Shown here: positions 50,120 through 62,480 of the stretch, piece by piece
Layout: every line of letters begins with the position of its first letter
Position numbering within the stretch: position 1 is the first letter of the stretch
Notes under the pieces: generated by a model
Told to the model about the DNA's origin: nothing
The model's input: the letters and a program-made list of their open reading frames with translations, nothing else
The model's database searches: none
Program-made: the position numbers and the translations under genes
Assembly: GCA_010093815.1 (NCBI GenBank)
Contig: ML996591.1
Strand: one strand, 5' to 3'
Origin: Pseudovirgaria hyperparasitica
Taxonomy: Eukaryota
DNA length: 64,000 nucleotides

Positions 50120-50626
50120 GGGCGGCGTCACCGTGCACGCTCACTCCGACTCGTATAGAACTTGTTCACACACACTTTACCAATATCACACTCACGTTGG
50201 AAACGTACCATCCCTCCCTCATTGAGTATTCATCTAGTCGTTTGATTTCTATATACTCCAATCTCCCCCTGATCTCCGCGTGTATGGATGAAAGGTTGGC
50301 AGTGTGATTGCGGGCACCAGCATATTCAAGGTATTACTAATGCCCGCACTGATGCTTGCACCTCACACTCCGCATTCTTCACTTTGCGACGCAGACCTTA
50401 CCCCAGACTTTATGCTCGTCGGCAGCCTAGATCCCGCCGTTGAACGCACTCCACATTACGCTTATCCTCATCCGAAATGCGTGGCGTTGTGCATTGGCGG
50501 TGAGCGGTGTGCCATTGATTTTTCGCGACATCATGCTTGTCCTTTATAGCTCGCGTAACACTCACAAGCCTACGATGATGGATCTGACCATCGATTCTCT
50601 TCGTTGACTGGTAATCTCCGCAAAGC

Positions 50627-52008
50627 TCATCGAACCCCAAGTACTTTGTACGCCAATGTTCCGAACAGTGGACTGCGCGTAAACATGTTGCTATTGCCAT
50701 TACGTCCGAGCCAAAGTGCAAATACTCCGACCACGATGGCAAGTCCAACGGCGCTGGCTGGCTTTCTATACGCCCAAGCCATATACTTGGCCTTCGACAG
50801 AGCCTTCTGGCGTGCGTCTTGTCGTGCAACCTGAGCAGCGTGTTGTGTGAAATTCCTCATGCAAGCCTCATCAGTCTGGGACCATATTTTTTGTGGTTCA
50901 GTCGTGGTCTTCAGAACACTATACGGAGACACATTGGCCCATGCACGGAAGGGAAGCGATGTTGGCGGATATGCCTTGTATAGTTCAACAGCGCGGGCTA
51001 TGAGGGCATCGAGGTCGAGAGGTTGAGGGAGCTTTGAGAGAATGAAATGTTGCATCTGCGGATCGTCCTGAGGAACTTCGAGAAGCTCCGCTCTGCGCGA
51101 GAGAATTATTGCTGCATATAAATATATTGACATGACCGCTTCCTGGGAAATCAGGAAGTCGAATAGCCTAGCAATATCCCCGTACTCTTGTATATCGTGC
51201 GCATACATTGTCAACGTTGCAGCTAGTGCAAAGTATGGCTGCGCACCTTGAACATGGTTGTATAGCTCGCGATCGGCAGTATACAGGATAGGAGGCAGGA
51301 GTCGAAGGTGGGATATCGAAGCGGTCATTGACGGAAGCATGAAGTCTCGGATCCGGAGGAGAGACATGCGGGAGGCAACATATGCAGCAATATTGCGGTC
51401 ATCGAAGACGAGAAGTATCACTTGTACTATATCGTGATAGCCCTGAAAATAACAAAGGTCGGGGTGTTTTCGCAGCACATCAACGATTACGTAGGAAAGA
51501 TCGTGTTTTCTGCGCTCGATCTGGGCTGTGTTTTCATCTGCAGTAAACGTCAGTCTGCTCCACAGCTTCAACGATATCAAAATGTTCGTACCATTGGGGT
51601 AATATACAAAGGATCGGTCGACGTCTAGTTGGACTTGGTCTTCGTCTTTGTGTGGTGGCAAGGAGCTCCAAGACTCCCGTTTTTTGCGTGAGGCACTATT
51701 TCGATCTCCGAGCAGTAGCTGCCCTAATAGTGTTATGTTAGGCCAAATGCCTTTTACTTCGAGGACCATTCCTTGGACTTACATGCGACCCGACGCACGT
51801 TGTCTTTCACGAAGCCATACTTGCTTGTAGCGTGGCGTACAAGAGCGCCAAGGTCTTTTGAGTCGCAAGCTTTGAGGACCTCTTTCACTTTGACCTCGCG
51901 AGCATCGATATTTGGATCAGCGGCTGCGATAGAGGTTGCATCTGAGACTTTGGGTGTATCGCTCTTCTCGTCCAGTGCTATGTCTGGTGCAATCCTTGGG
52001 TAATTCAT
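50627..52008 (-). CDS. GYP8: TBC-domain Rab-GAP (Gyp8/TBC1D20-like); introns 51724-51782 and 51538-51591
   Basis: Arg finger QVQLDVDRSF, Gln finger YFQGYHDIVQV, and a C-terminal TM helix. Confidence 0.88.
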
Positions 52009-53520
52009 ATGGAAGATTATGAGGAAGATAGTACCATTCCGGATGATATTGCCTCAGCATATGAGACGTGCTTTGATCGTTGTCATGGTCATAGTCAATC
52101 TACAGTTATCACAGAGTAAGAAGACTAGTATGCCTGATGCGAAAGCAGATGTGGCTGGTGGCTGGTGTGGCTAGGGGCAGGGCTCGTCAGCCACACCACA
52201 ACTATGAGAACGAGACTGTATCATCATCGCTCCGGTCTTGTTCTCGCCAGAGTTCCGATGTAGCATCGTGTCATCTTAGCCTGGCCATAGAGCATAGAAA
52301 ATATCGCTGGCAACGAGAGCAATTCGTCTCGTTGTTGTCACTGAAGACGTCATCACCCTTGACAGGAGTAAGCAAGCGAGCAAGCGAGTAAGCGAGCGAG
52401 ACGACGTTGACACGGCGGGTTCAGCGGCTGAGAGGCGATCATGGGGCCCATCGCGAAGTCATTTCCGATAGGATAATGGTAGTCATGGAGTAATAAGTGA
52501 TATATACACATTTTGTGGCTTCATTGAAGAATACCGGCGTAACATCAGCCTTTAAGGAGCTTTTCCTTCTATGATCCTCGACACCCAACTGCCCTCTCGA
52601 CCCCCTACATAGGAAATGATATTGCCAGTCACGTGCACATATGCTACCAGGATTACTGCGATCGTGACCTTGTTGAGGCTTGATATCGAGCCACTGTAAT
52701 TGCTGCTTCAAGCGACGCGCAGAAGAAGGTAGTAGGGGGAGAGTTTGGGGTGAGGTGTCATCCATCCACACTGCAGCCAGGTCTCTCCCTGCATGCAACA
52801 CTGTACACTTATCCCATACTTAATACTACTGACTATCATACTACTGCTTTCCTCCCGTCTTTCGCTTTCGGACCTCGCCGCACTGTCAGTCATTTCGAGT
52901 TCCACCGGAGCCTTTCTTCCTGAAAACCTCCAGTCCTGATTGGCGCTGGTGTATGCCCGTCATACACGCAGATGCATATACTGGCCACGCTCTTCTAAGC
53001 ATTCTTTGTGCATTGCTCACTACTTTCGCTTTGATATAAGCCTTTTCTGACTATACCTAGTGAGCGATATCCAAGCTATCCCTCCCACCACCATCGTTCT
53101 TCCTACCCCAAACGCCATCCTGCACCACTATACTATATCCTGCGTGATAGACGTGCATCTACTCTCTCTTACAAGCAGCATACTATTATCTTCACACACA
53201 CACCGAGGATGTACTCTTGCCGTACTTCGAGAAATGCTGACCGGTCACACAGCCTATTTCCTGTAGGGTGAGCCTGGCCCGCAGCGACGCGAGAGTCGAG
53301 TTTCTGCGGCAGCTGCACTACAGCTTTTGCGCCAACATCTGGCCGCAACTCTTTGTTGGCTTGCAGAAATCATTTGCGTCTTTGACGAGGAATGCTTTTG
53401 GCAGAAAGACTCTGCACACTTTGTTCTAGATTTCATCTGCCACAGTCGTCTGTTGTTGTGGTAGTTTCACGTCTCGGTCATTTCACTCACTGATTTCGGG
53501 GCCCATAGCCGGTCACAGTG

Positions 53521-56500
53521 ATGGATCAAACCTTCGAAATAGACCAGGTCGTGGATGGCCAATACGAACGACGTCAAATGACCGTAGCACAGCTCATGGC
53601 TGAACGAAGTGCGAGCAAAAAAAAGCTGCTACCGGAACCAACAAAGCCAAAAGCAGCTCCACAGTTAGGATTGCTTTCAAGGACAATCGTGCCAAGTCCC
53701 ACCATCAATCACATCATACCTGTTCGCATCCGACATCAGAATAAGAACGATCTCGTTTATGTAGGTGAAGATTTTCTCCGCCTACACGAGATCCAGGATG
53801 ACGGAAGTCTGGATTTTGTCGTCGGCCGAGAAGGACTACCGCGTATTCGTGCTGCAAAAGCATTTGGACAACCATGGCAACAACTTTCGGATGTTCAGAT
53901 TAAACTTGAGAACGGAATGTCACCTGACATTGATACTGTCTGGGAAAAGGAGTCGACTGCCTTCTCCGAAAGTAGTTCGAATGCATCCCAGGCAAACTTT
54001 CCCCCTCAACTGCTTTTGCTTGCGTTGGAGACCCAAGAACTCCTCTTCGTATATACCCAATCCGATGAAAACAACAGAGTATCGTTCCATGCTCAGTCAA
54101 TTGCTTTGATGTCTGGCAAATCGATTCTCGAACATCCAGGCAATCAAATCGCCGTCGATCCTCGCTCAAGGGCAATCGCAGTTGCAGCGTCGGAAAAGAA
54201 CGTAGTCATTTACTCTACGAATCCTCCCCAGGATATGCAAGGGTCCTCCAAAATGACGAGTTTCATACAGAGCGAGGCCATTGAGCAGGTTCCTGGCGTC
54301 ATACTGAAGATGGACTTTCTCTTTCCCGCAGAACAAGATAATGATCACATCGCCCTACTGATCATACATTCTCACAATAGCCGTGTATATATCACTTGTT
54401 TCGACTGGATCGCTTCCATTGGCTTGACGTCAAGACAACGGCGTCTGAAGGCTCTCCCATTAGTTGAATGTAAGGCATTTTCATCTTTCGATCTCTAGCC
54501 TGCCTTTTTCCTCGTTCAGTATAAGCTTATTTCCTGTTCTAATTCTCTCAGGTCAAGAATATCCCTTACTACTAATCACTCTTCAGTTTTCGCCAGACTG
54601 CATGATCGTTACCGAAGATGGTATATACTACTTCCAGAAGATATTAGCAGGTGCAGATAAGGTCAAGAAGGTCTTTGACAGCCACGACCCTGTCATATCG
54701 AAACATCTGCACAAACGACCACCACTATGGACCTCATGGACCAGGGTCGAGCGCGCACATCGTTTCCACAATAGGGTTCAGGAAGACTTTTACCTTGTTC
54801 GCGAAGACGGTCAATTCTTCTATATGGAAGTCAAGAGCAAAGAGACATATTGCGGAATGAGTTACGCAGGCTCATTTGGTTGTAATGTGGATACTGCTTT
54901 TACCAATCTACCTCTTGGTCTGAGGAAGCCGGACCACGTTGTTGCTGCTGGAATTGGTGGCCATGGTGGAATCTTGCGCATAGGCATGTCTGGAAAAGTG
55001 GCTGAAGTACCCCGACGCGAAAAGGTCTTCCAACCAGACTTGGTCGGGCAGTTACCAAGCTGGGCTCCTACGATGGATCTTGTTGAGGATACCTGCAATA
55101 CACAATCACAAGGCACTTTTCCACATGGTATCGTTGTCACTAGTGGCCGGGCACCACGTGGATGTGTATCGAGCCTCAGATCAGGACTTAGCGCCAACAT
55201 ACGAGCACAAATAGGTGCTGACATGGATGTGGCGAATTGCATCGGTGGCTACCTACTCTCCACTCCCGAGTCAGATCAGATTGTCTTCCTTCTGTCCTTC
55301 CCCACGCACAGCGATCTGATTCGGCTTTCTGTCGTCGAAGAGGCTGGCGAAGAGGTCCTTGATGTTCAAGTTGGCCTATCGGAAGCGCAGGAAGATAATG
55401 TTGGTTTGGATCTTGGGCTTGAAACTCTTTTTGCTTCGTCCATCGGTTCAGATAGAGCCATTCAGGTGACCAGGAGGGGCGCAATCATCACTGAAGCACT
55501 TACACTTCGGGAGACCGCTCGACTTAGCTTATCTCCCGATTCGGCCATTTCCGTTGCTACGTTGGAAGGCAATTACCTTGTCTACGCCTACATGTCAGTA
55601 GACAGTGGTGGCGTGAGACTTGCAGTGACAACATTCAACCGAGAACTTGATATCTTGACTGGAAGCGAGCATCATTTCGACCTTTCTAGTGAGCCTACGT
55701 GCGTCAAGTTTATAACAATTGCTGAGAAGGTTGTGCTTGCCGTCAGTACGCATGCCCATGAGTTGTTGTTCTTCGACTTGCCTTCTTCTAGTTCAAATCT
55801 GCGACTGTTATCCGCACATCGGTTGCCCAAGGACAAAGGTTCCTCGGCGACTTGCGAAAGCCTCGCTGTCCTGCATTCTGAACCGTGTACGGACCTCTTA
55901 GTCTGCGGTCTACGCAGTGGACATGTCTTGTCTTTCGAGGTTGACGTCGACTCGCCTGTATTCGATCCAAGTTTTGTGGCCGTGGAAGGTATAAACCATC
56001 CCGTACTCAGAGTATCATCCGTGCGTGAACTTACTGTCGGACCAACCTCAGTCAGACTCTTCGACACGCCCATTGGATTGTTCATGACCTGCAACAACAT
56101 CTTCTGTCGGATTGACCGACTGACCCGTCATAACGCTCTGTTAGAGGTCCGGACACTCCTGTTCGAAGATGTATACCAGGATAACCTGAGACCGTTCCCC
56201 ATATATACTACGCTATACCTCCCACGTAACATGCTTTTCGCCGGGGAAGGTCTCTCGGAGTCGCTACTTTGCGTATCTGAGGGTGAGCTGCTATCTACAG
56301 TGCCTGATGAGAGCTCTGCTGTCATCCCTAAGAGACTTCCAATAGATGGTACGCCGTATAGAATGATCGTCGACGATGAGCACTATTTAGCCTTGACTAG
56401 AAAGACAGAGTGGCGGAATGGTCTACACGCAAGTTCCAAGACTCGTTGTTGTCTGGAAGTAATCGATCCTCGGCGTTACACAACACAAGAAGAGACGGAA

Positions 56501-57902
56501 TTTGAAGGTGTCTTGGCCTCTTTCCAGCTCCCTCGGAAAGAAAAGGCAAACTGTCTTGCTACGTGGAAGCCACACTGTGGGATGTTCAAATACAACTGGA
56601 TCGCCATAGGCACCACGGCTTCATTGAGGGAACCGTCACCGGGCATGAGAAGCGCAAGCGGCCAAGCAGGAGGTTTGCTGATCGTCCGCAAAGTACCATC
56701 GGCTAGAGGCGCACTCGGACAAAAAGGTGGGCTTGAATTACGCAAGGTGAAGTATATATATTACGGCAAGTCCGACGAGGGCCCGATTCATGCGCTCGCC
56801 TCGTACCGGAACGACAGTCTTATCATCGGCACTGGTCAATCATTACACATTCTACAATATGACCAGGAAGCACAGAGGTATGTATATCCCTACTGCGGTT
56901 CATTAGTTGCTACTGACATCGACCCCTCACCACAGCTTCAACACGGTGTTTCGTTACCGCAGCCTTCCCTCACCGGCAGTCCGGATCGAAGTGAAGCCTC
57001 ACCGCTATGAACCAGACAGACACATGCGTGGCGATCCATGCTACGTCACAACTCTCAAGCACTCTGTCCTTGGGTTTGACATGCATGTCGGACACGCCAA
57101 TATGTGGCCAGGAATTGCTGCGAACATCGAGCCAACCTTCACCGACACCACCCACCGCCAGTCCATCACACATCACCTGATTGCTATAAATTCCCCAAAA
57201 CCATCTCATAGCGAATACTCACCAAGTGCGCCTGTACCGTCCGCACCTAAGCTCCTCCTGGTTGCTGACAAGTCTGCCACCGTCACGGGCCTTCTCTCTG
57301 ATGCTTCCTCGTCGAGACAGACTGCGTTACGCGTCGCTTTCTCTGCTCGCCTCCCGCGTAGCATCACACGTATGCGCAGCGTGAAAGTACTTCCTCCGTG
57401 GAATGCTCAGCCTCTAGACGGCATCGAACCTGAGCCAGTGATTGGTAGCGCTGCTGATGGTACCCTCTTCGCGCTACATGTTCTCCGTCATCACGCATGG
57501 CAGGTCCTCAAAGTTCTCGAGTGCCTTCTTGTTGTTGCTGCATCCAAAGAGAGTGCAAGCTTGCTTTGCAAGCCAGATGTAAAGGAGGCAGAGCGGGCGC
57601 AAGATGTGATTCTGTCGATCAAGGCAAGAAAGAGCGCAGAGGACGCGGATACAAGCAGTGTGCTGAGACCAACCTTGAGAGATCTCGACTGGCATGTTGA
57701 TGGGACTAAACTGGCGTACCTGAGAACAGCGGATATTGAGCTCGAAATTAACAGACTTGTAGAAGGGGCGGGCTGGGAGGCAAGGGAAGCGTGGGAGATG
57801 GTGTTGGGTGACTTCATGGCCGAGATGGAGACTAGATCGGAGATAGAGGTTGCAGGCACTCTGGAGAAGTGGCTTGTTGGCGTTCTTGGGCCTGTCTTCT
57901 GA
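53521..57902 (+). CDS. DDB1/Rse1/CPSF-A-type beta-propeller protein (Mms1/ThtA 'thermotolerance protein'-like); introns 54470-54551 and 56878-56935
   Basis: ~1.4 kaa after splicing. Motifs GLLSRTIVPSP, IAVDPRSRAIAVAA, PSWAPTMD and SGRAPRGCVSSLRSG match Mms1-N type propellers. Confidence 0.8.
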
Positions 57903-58385
57903 TGCATATTGGGGGCGCACCAGATGGGTGTGTGTTCGGAATCCTAGCGGTTGATAGACATATATAAATATCTCAGCATTCTGTACTCCGTGTAGGACGT
58001 AAGGATGTATGGAAGATGATGACAGTATGAGAAGAGATTTCAGTGAAACTGCAGGGAGATTTCATTAGCTGAAGCTCGTGTACTAATGGCTCAAGTCGTC
58101 AACGACGGAAGAAGCATGAAGCAACATGGCATTATGGTAGGCTGGACGCCAATATCCTTGTGTACTTGCATAACTTCAGCGTGCTACTAAACGTCCTTAA
58201 CTTGGCTATTATCCACTCGTATGATGTATCGCGTCCCCAAGACCTGTCTGCACTAAAGATGTTGGACGGTAGGTATTTACTCGGGAGGAACCTTCGGGTA
58301 TAAATTTACCTGACTTCAACAGAGCAGACTGGAAAATAATATTCACAGGTGTGCCTACACATGAGCACAATGTATGTAAAGGCAA

Positions 58386-59609
58386 TCATTTTCCAGTACC
58401 ATACACAAACGCCATCCAGTTAGCTTTGAGCCTCTGCGCGCCGTCATGAACCGGCCACCGTTTAACAGTACACAACGTCCTGACCATGTCTTCCAAATGC
58501 TCGTCCATTATATCGCCCGCCGTATGCAGGTCGCTCTCAACAAGGATCCGGTCGTCCGGAACAGCCCGGATGACATCTTCGATACCGGATCTCTTTGGCG
58601 TCTCGCGTTCCGCAAAGTTGATTGCCGTCGAGAACGAAGCATAGAAATCAATAGGGATCTTGGGGTCCCAGTATTGCTTTATATTAGACGCGCTACCAGA
58701 ATACGAATGCAGGCATATTCGCGGAGGAAAAGGTCTCGACGTCACCTCCTCGGTCTGGCCTTGTATGTTCTCCCCCTGATGATCATCCGCATGAACCGCT
58801 TGCGGATGCTCCTTCTGCCGCTTTCGCTCCCGTTTACTGGGGACGTGTCTCTCGTGCCCGGTCCAGGTCTGCTTGATGGTCTCGAAGAGAACGCCATGTG
58901 CCTGCACGCCGTGCACGGAGACCGCTCTGCGCATCTCTCCCGCGAGCCGTAGCTGCGCGAGAAGCACCTTCTTCTGGTGCTCCATGTCGACGTGATACGG
59001 CGATAATCGCCGCCCTTCGCGGCCGCCGGGGGTCAGTGTGTCGTTTCTCTGGCCTTCTTGGTCTGGCGCCCAGGGGTATGGGATGCGGAACGCCTTGTCT
59101 AGTCCGACTTCGCCGACGAGGGCTTGAGGGAATGTCTCCAGGCGTTTCCTCGTCTCGGCTATGAATTGGGATAGCGGCTTTGGGTCGGGAAAGGACGCGA
59201 GCATGTCCTGGTCCTCGTCACTGAGACTCTGAGCATTCTTCGTCGTGATTGCGGTCTTGTAGTGCTGCTGTTTCTCCTCTGGCGTGAGAGTCTCCTTGCT
59301 GTCGCCGCCGTACACGCTTTCGTCAAACAGCTGGTGCGAAAACCAGGGGTGCCAGCCAAAACACGGCACGACCTTGCCGTCGCCGTGTGCTGAGTCTGGA
59401 GGCTGTGACTTCACGCCGTGTTTACTTGCTACTTGCTCTACGAGTTCTTGGTCTTGGGCTCTGGTAGCCATGACTGTCAGGACGGCAGCCTTCATGTCTG
59501 GGATTGATGCGATGGATGACATTGTGTCTGTTGGGTGGCAGTGCGCGTCATAGACGCCGATATGCCAGGGGAAGTCATCGACTTGCTCTTCTATGTTTTC
59601 TGCTGCCAT
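58386..59609 (-). CDS. TatD-family metallohydrolase (Scn1/Cut9-interacting-like)
   Basis: Motifs DAHCHP, FGWHPW, GEVGLD, SVHGV, LHSYSG and LVESD. Confidence 0.9.
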   Translation of the reverse strand: MAAENIEEQVDDFPWHIGVYDAHCHPTDTMSSIASIPDMKAAVLTVMATRAQDQELVEQVASKHGVKSQPPDSAHGDGKVVPCFGWHPWFSHQLFDESVYGGDSKETLTPEEKQQHYKTAITTKNAQSLSDEDQDMLASFPDPKPLSQFIAETRKRLETFPQALVGEVGLDKAFRIPYPWAPDQEGQRNDTLTPGGREGRRLSPYHVDMEHQKKVLLAQLRLAGEMRRAVSVHGVQAHGVLFETIKQTWTGHERHVPSKRERKRQKEHPQAVHADDHQGENIQGQTEEVTSRPFPPRICLHSYSGSASNIKQYWDPKIPIDFYASFSTAINFAERETPKRSGIEDVIRAVPDDRILVESDLHTAGDIMDEHLEDMVRTLCTVKRWPVHDGAQRLKANWMAFVYGTGK

Positions 59610-59934
59610 TTTTATATCTTTTCGCATCGAGTGTTCCTCCCGATTTTGCTGTGATATCGAATCGGATGTTGATTTTTAGGATGGATGTGACGTCAACCGA
59701 AGCATCCATCACTCGCTGTGTACATCTCAGTACAAACCCCGGCTTGCTTCACATGAAAGCTTCCATCCGAACATCCTCATCCATACATCGTCTCTCTCCC
59801 TCTCTCCTCTTCACAACACCACACTCCTCTCCTCCTTACCTCACAACAATGCCGCCTCGCCCTCCCTCTCACGCCCTCTCACACAACCCCCCATAACCAC
59901 GACCATACCCAAACCCATACCCAAACCCACAACC

Positions 59935-60789
59935 ATGCCCAAACTCCCCCTCCTCAACCCCCTCTCCCTCCTCCCCCCGCTCATCCTCCTCGCCTTCTCC
60001 ATCCCCCTCGCCCTCCTCGCAACCTGGACGACCTCGCTCGCAATCTGCACCCTACTCCTCCGCGTATCCGTCGTCTACGTCGAGCTCGCCCTCGCCCTGC
60101 TGCACAGCTACATTACACGCCTCATCCCATCGCCGTCGCCGTCGCCGTCTTCACAGACAGAGATATACGCATATCCACCCGTCCTCGCGACGGTACCTTC
60201 AGCACAGCACTCGCGTCGCCGTCGTCGTCGGAGCAGCAATAGCAATAGCAGCACATCTTCACTCACACCTATACCAACACAAACACCTCCATCTCCATCT
60301 CCATCCACAGCGACAGCCACCACCACACAGCAACACAAAAGAACCCACCGCGCCGTCAAATCAGACTCCATCGTCGTCGCCGCGGCGCCCGATCGAGACT
60401 TTGAAGGCATGGGCGGCTGGCGCATTCCGCCGCCGACAAGTCGCAAGAACAACAGCACTACTGCCGGTGCTGGTGGTGGTGCTAGTAGTGGTGCAGTAGC
60501 AGGAAACGCCGACGACGATGACGAGGCGCTGTGGATGGGTATGAATGCCCGGCTCGAGCTGCCTGCCCATGCCACGCACGAGACGCAGCGGCGACGGCAT
60601 CACAGACGGTCGCTGACGGCGAGTGGGGGTACGGTAGCGGGGGACTGGAGTCCCACGCGGACGCGGACGCGCACGAGTCCGAGTGCGAGTCGGGTGTGGA
60701 CGAGGGCGCCGACGCCGGCGGCGGATGTCGGTGTTGGCGCAGAGGGGTACTTCACAATCACGCCTATTGGGAGGAAGAGCGGCGTGTGA
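59935..60789 (+). CDS. Hypothetical membrane protein with low-complexity tail
   Basis: Hydrophobic N-terminus (SIPLALLATWTTSLAICTLLLRVSVVYVEL) and conserved-looking blocks DRDFEGMGGWR and LWMGMNARLELP. Confidence 0.7.
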   Translation: MPKLPLLNPLSLLPPLILLAFSIPLALLATWTTSLAICTLLLRVSVVYVELALALLHSYITRLIPSPSPSPSSQTEIYAYPPVLATVPSAQHSRRRRRRSSNSNSSTSSLTPIPTQTPPSPSPSTATATTTQQHKRTHRAVKSDSIVVAAAPDRDFEGMGGWRIPPPTSRKNNSTTAGAGGGASSGAVAGNADDDDEALWMGMNARLELPAHATHETQRRRHHRRSLTASGGTVAGDWSPTRTRTRTSPSASRVWTRAPTPAADVGVGAEGYFTITPIGRKSGV

Positions 60790-60968
60790 ATGAGTCTTGT
60801 GGGAAAAGCTTTGCTTTGCGAATGGGAGAGGAAGCTGGCGAGAGTAGGAGGACAGGATGAGTGTGAGTGCGGGTATCAAATCTACTTCGACTTGCAGCGC
60901 GTTGAAAGTTAACGCAGACGGGTTTGTGAATTGCTATTCTACGAGGGCATTGCATGCGCCATGATTCA

Positions 60969-62301
60969 TTATATAGTCGCGGCGTTGGATACGTGGCGCT
61001 TCTTCGAGGAGAGAGATGTAGGCAGCCAGGACCGGAATGTCATGGGCGTAGAAAACTTCTCCGAGAATCTTGCTCTGCCCGGGCCATTGTCCCCTTTGGT
61101 CCATGTTGGCCTAAAGACTGATCCCAGGACAACTTCGACTGCCTTGATGATGAGCAGCGTGACGCCTCCTTTGTCGCAGTAGTTGTCGCCCGCCAATCGA
61201 ACAAACACTACGCAATCATCGTTAGACCAGCCGCTCTGCACAACACAACAAGCAATACTCACTGCCCCAAAGTATCCAGTCGCAGATATAGTTGCCCATG
61301 CTCACCACCAACGGCAAAATCAACTTCTTCTCCGCCGCAATACTCCCAAACACGCCATTCCCCCTCCTCTCCATCCGCGTATCCAGCTTCCGATTAAAAG
61401 CCAGCACACAAAAGTAGCTCACCACCAACGCACTCACCGCGCCCGCAAAGACCCGAAACCCAAGCGCATTCCGAAAATGCTCCGCCTCCTTGCGCTCCCA
61501 CCCAACCAGCCCACACCGATTCGCATTCCCACTCCCAAACAAGAACCCGAGCGCTCCCGGCAGCGCCACCAGACTCAGTATACTCTCCTGCACAACAACG
61601 TCCCAGACGGTATTGTTGAAGTTGCTGACCGCCAGCCCCTTGACGAAGAACAGCAGCAGGAAGCTCCAGCGCGGCCGCATCAGCCACAGCGTCATCGCGG
61701 GCCCAAAGCCCATCCCGGCGTTGCCCGCACGCTCAATCGTGGTGACGACCAGCAACATGAGGATCTCGGTCGCGGCGTGGAAGGCCCCGGTGGCAGGTGT
61801 CCAGGCTGTCGTCGATCGCGCGCTGGGCCGGACGAGGCGGTAGAGGTTGAGCTTGTCGCGCACGTGCTGGTGGCCGGTGAGCAGCTCCTTGGAGGCGTCG
61901 AGCACGTTCATGACGAAGAGGGTGGTCAGGATCGAGACTTTGGGCGAGCATTCCCCGGCGAGGTGGGCGGTGAGGCTGGTCGTGGTGGTGGTGTTTGCTG
62001 CGGTAGCGTTCTTGGGGGAGAAGGACGGGCCGTCGGCGAGGTTGGCGGGGAGGAAGCAGTGGTGGAGAGATGGACAGTCGCCGTTTGGCGTGACGGTGCC
62101 CGGGCAGAAGAGCGTGGGAGCATGGCAGAAGGAGTGGTTTGAGGGCGAGAATGGGATGTTGCATTCCGTGTTGATGCGTGCTTGGGACTCCTTGTAGTGC
62201 TCGTGGAGTCTGGTTTTGAAGCTGTCTAGGCCGAGGACGGGGAGCGGGTTGAGGAGGTGCAAGAAGAAGACGAGGGCAGTGGTTGTGATGAACCGATGCA
62301 T
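60969..62301 (-). CDS. Uncharacterised multi-pass membrane protein with signal peptide and Cys-rich ectodomain; intron 61208-61262
   Basis: Signal peptide, Cys-rich N-terminus and several TM helices. Contains LMRPRW and the spliced DWILWG-MFVRLAGDNYC. Confidence 0.72.
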
Positions 62302-62480
62302 GATGATGATTTTGGTGCAGCAAGAATGTTACTGGTGTGTGTGTGTAGAACTGGGAGGGAAGAGGATGTAATGAACAGGAACAAAAAGATGGGAGCATCC
62401 TAATCACTTCCAGTCGACGTTGCATCCATCTGGCCATTTTGTGTTTTGTCCAAAGAAAACCCGTTGTACTTGCCTTCCAT

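Noticed and set aside
52368..52400. AAGCGAG-type short tandem repeat
   Set aside because: A simple degenerate microsatellite with no spacers, so not CRISPR-like.
61183..62142. 319-aa plus-strand ORF and overlapping 255-aa minus-strand ORF (61733-62500)
   Set aside because: These are shadow frames of the membrane-protein gene, kept open by the skewed GC-rich composition.
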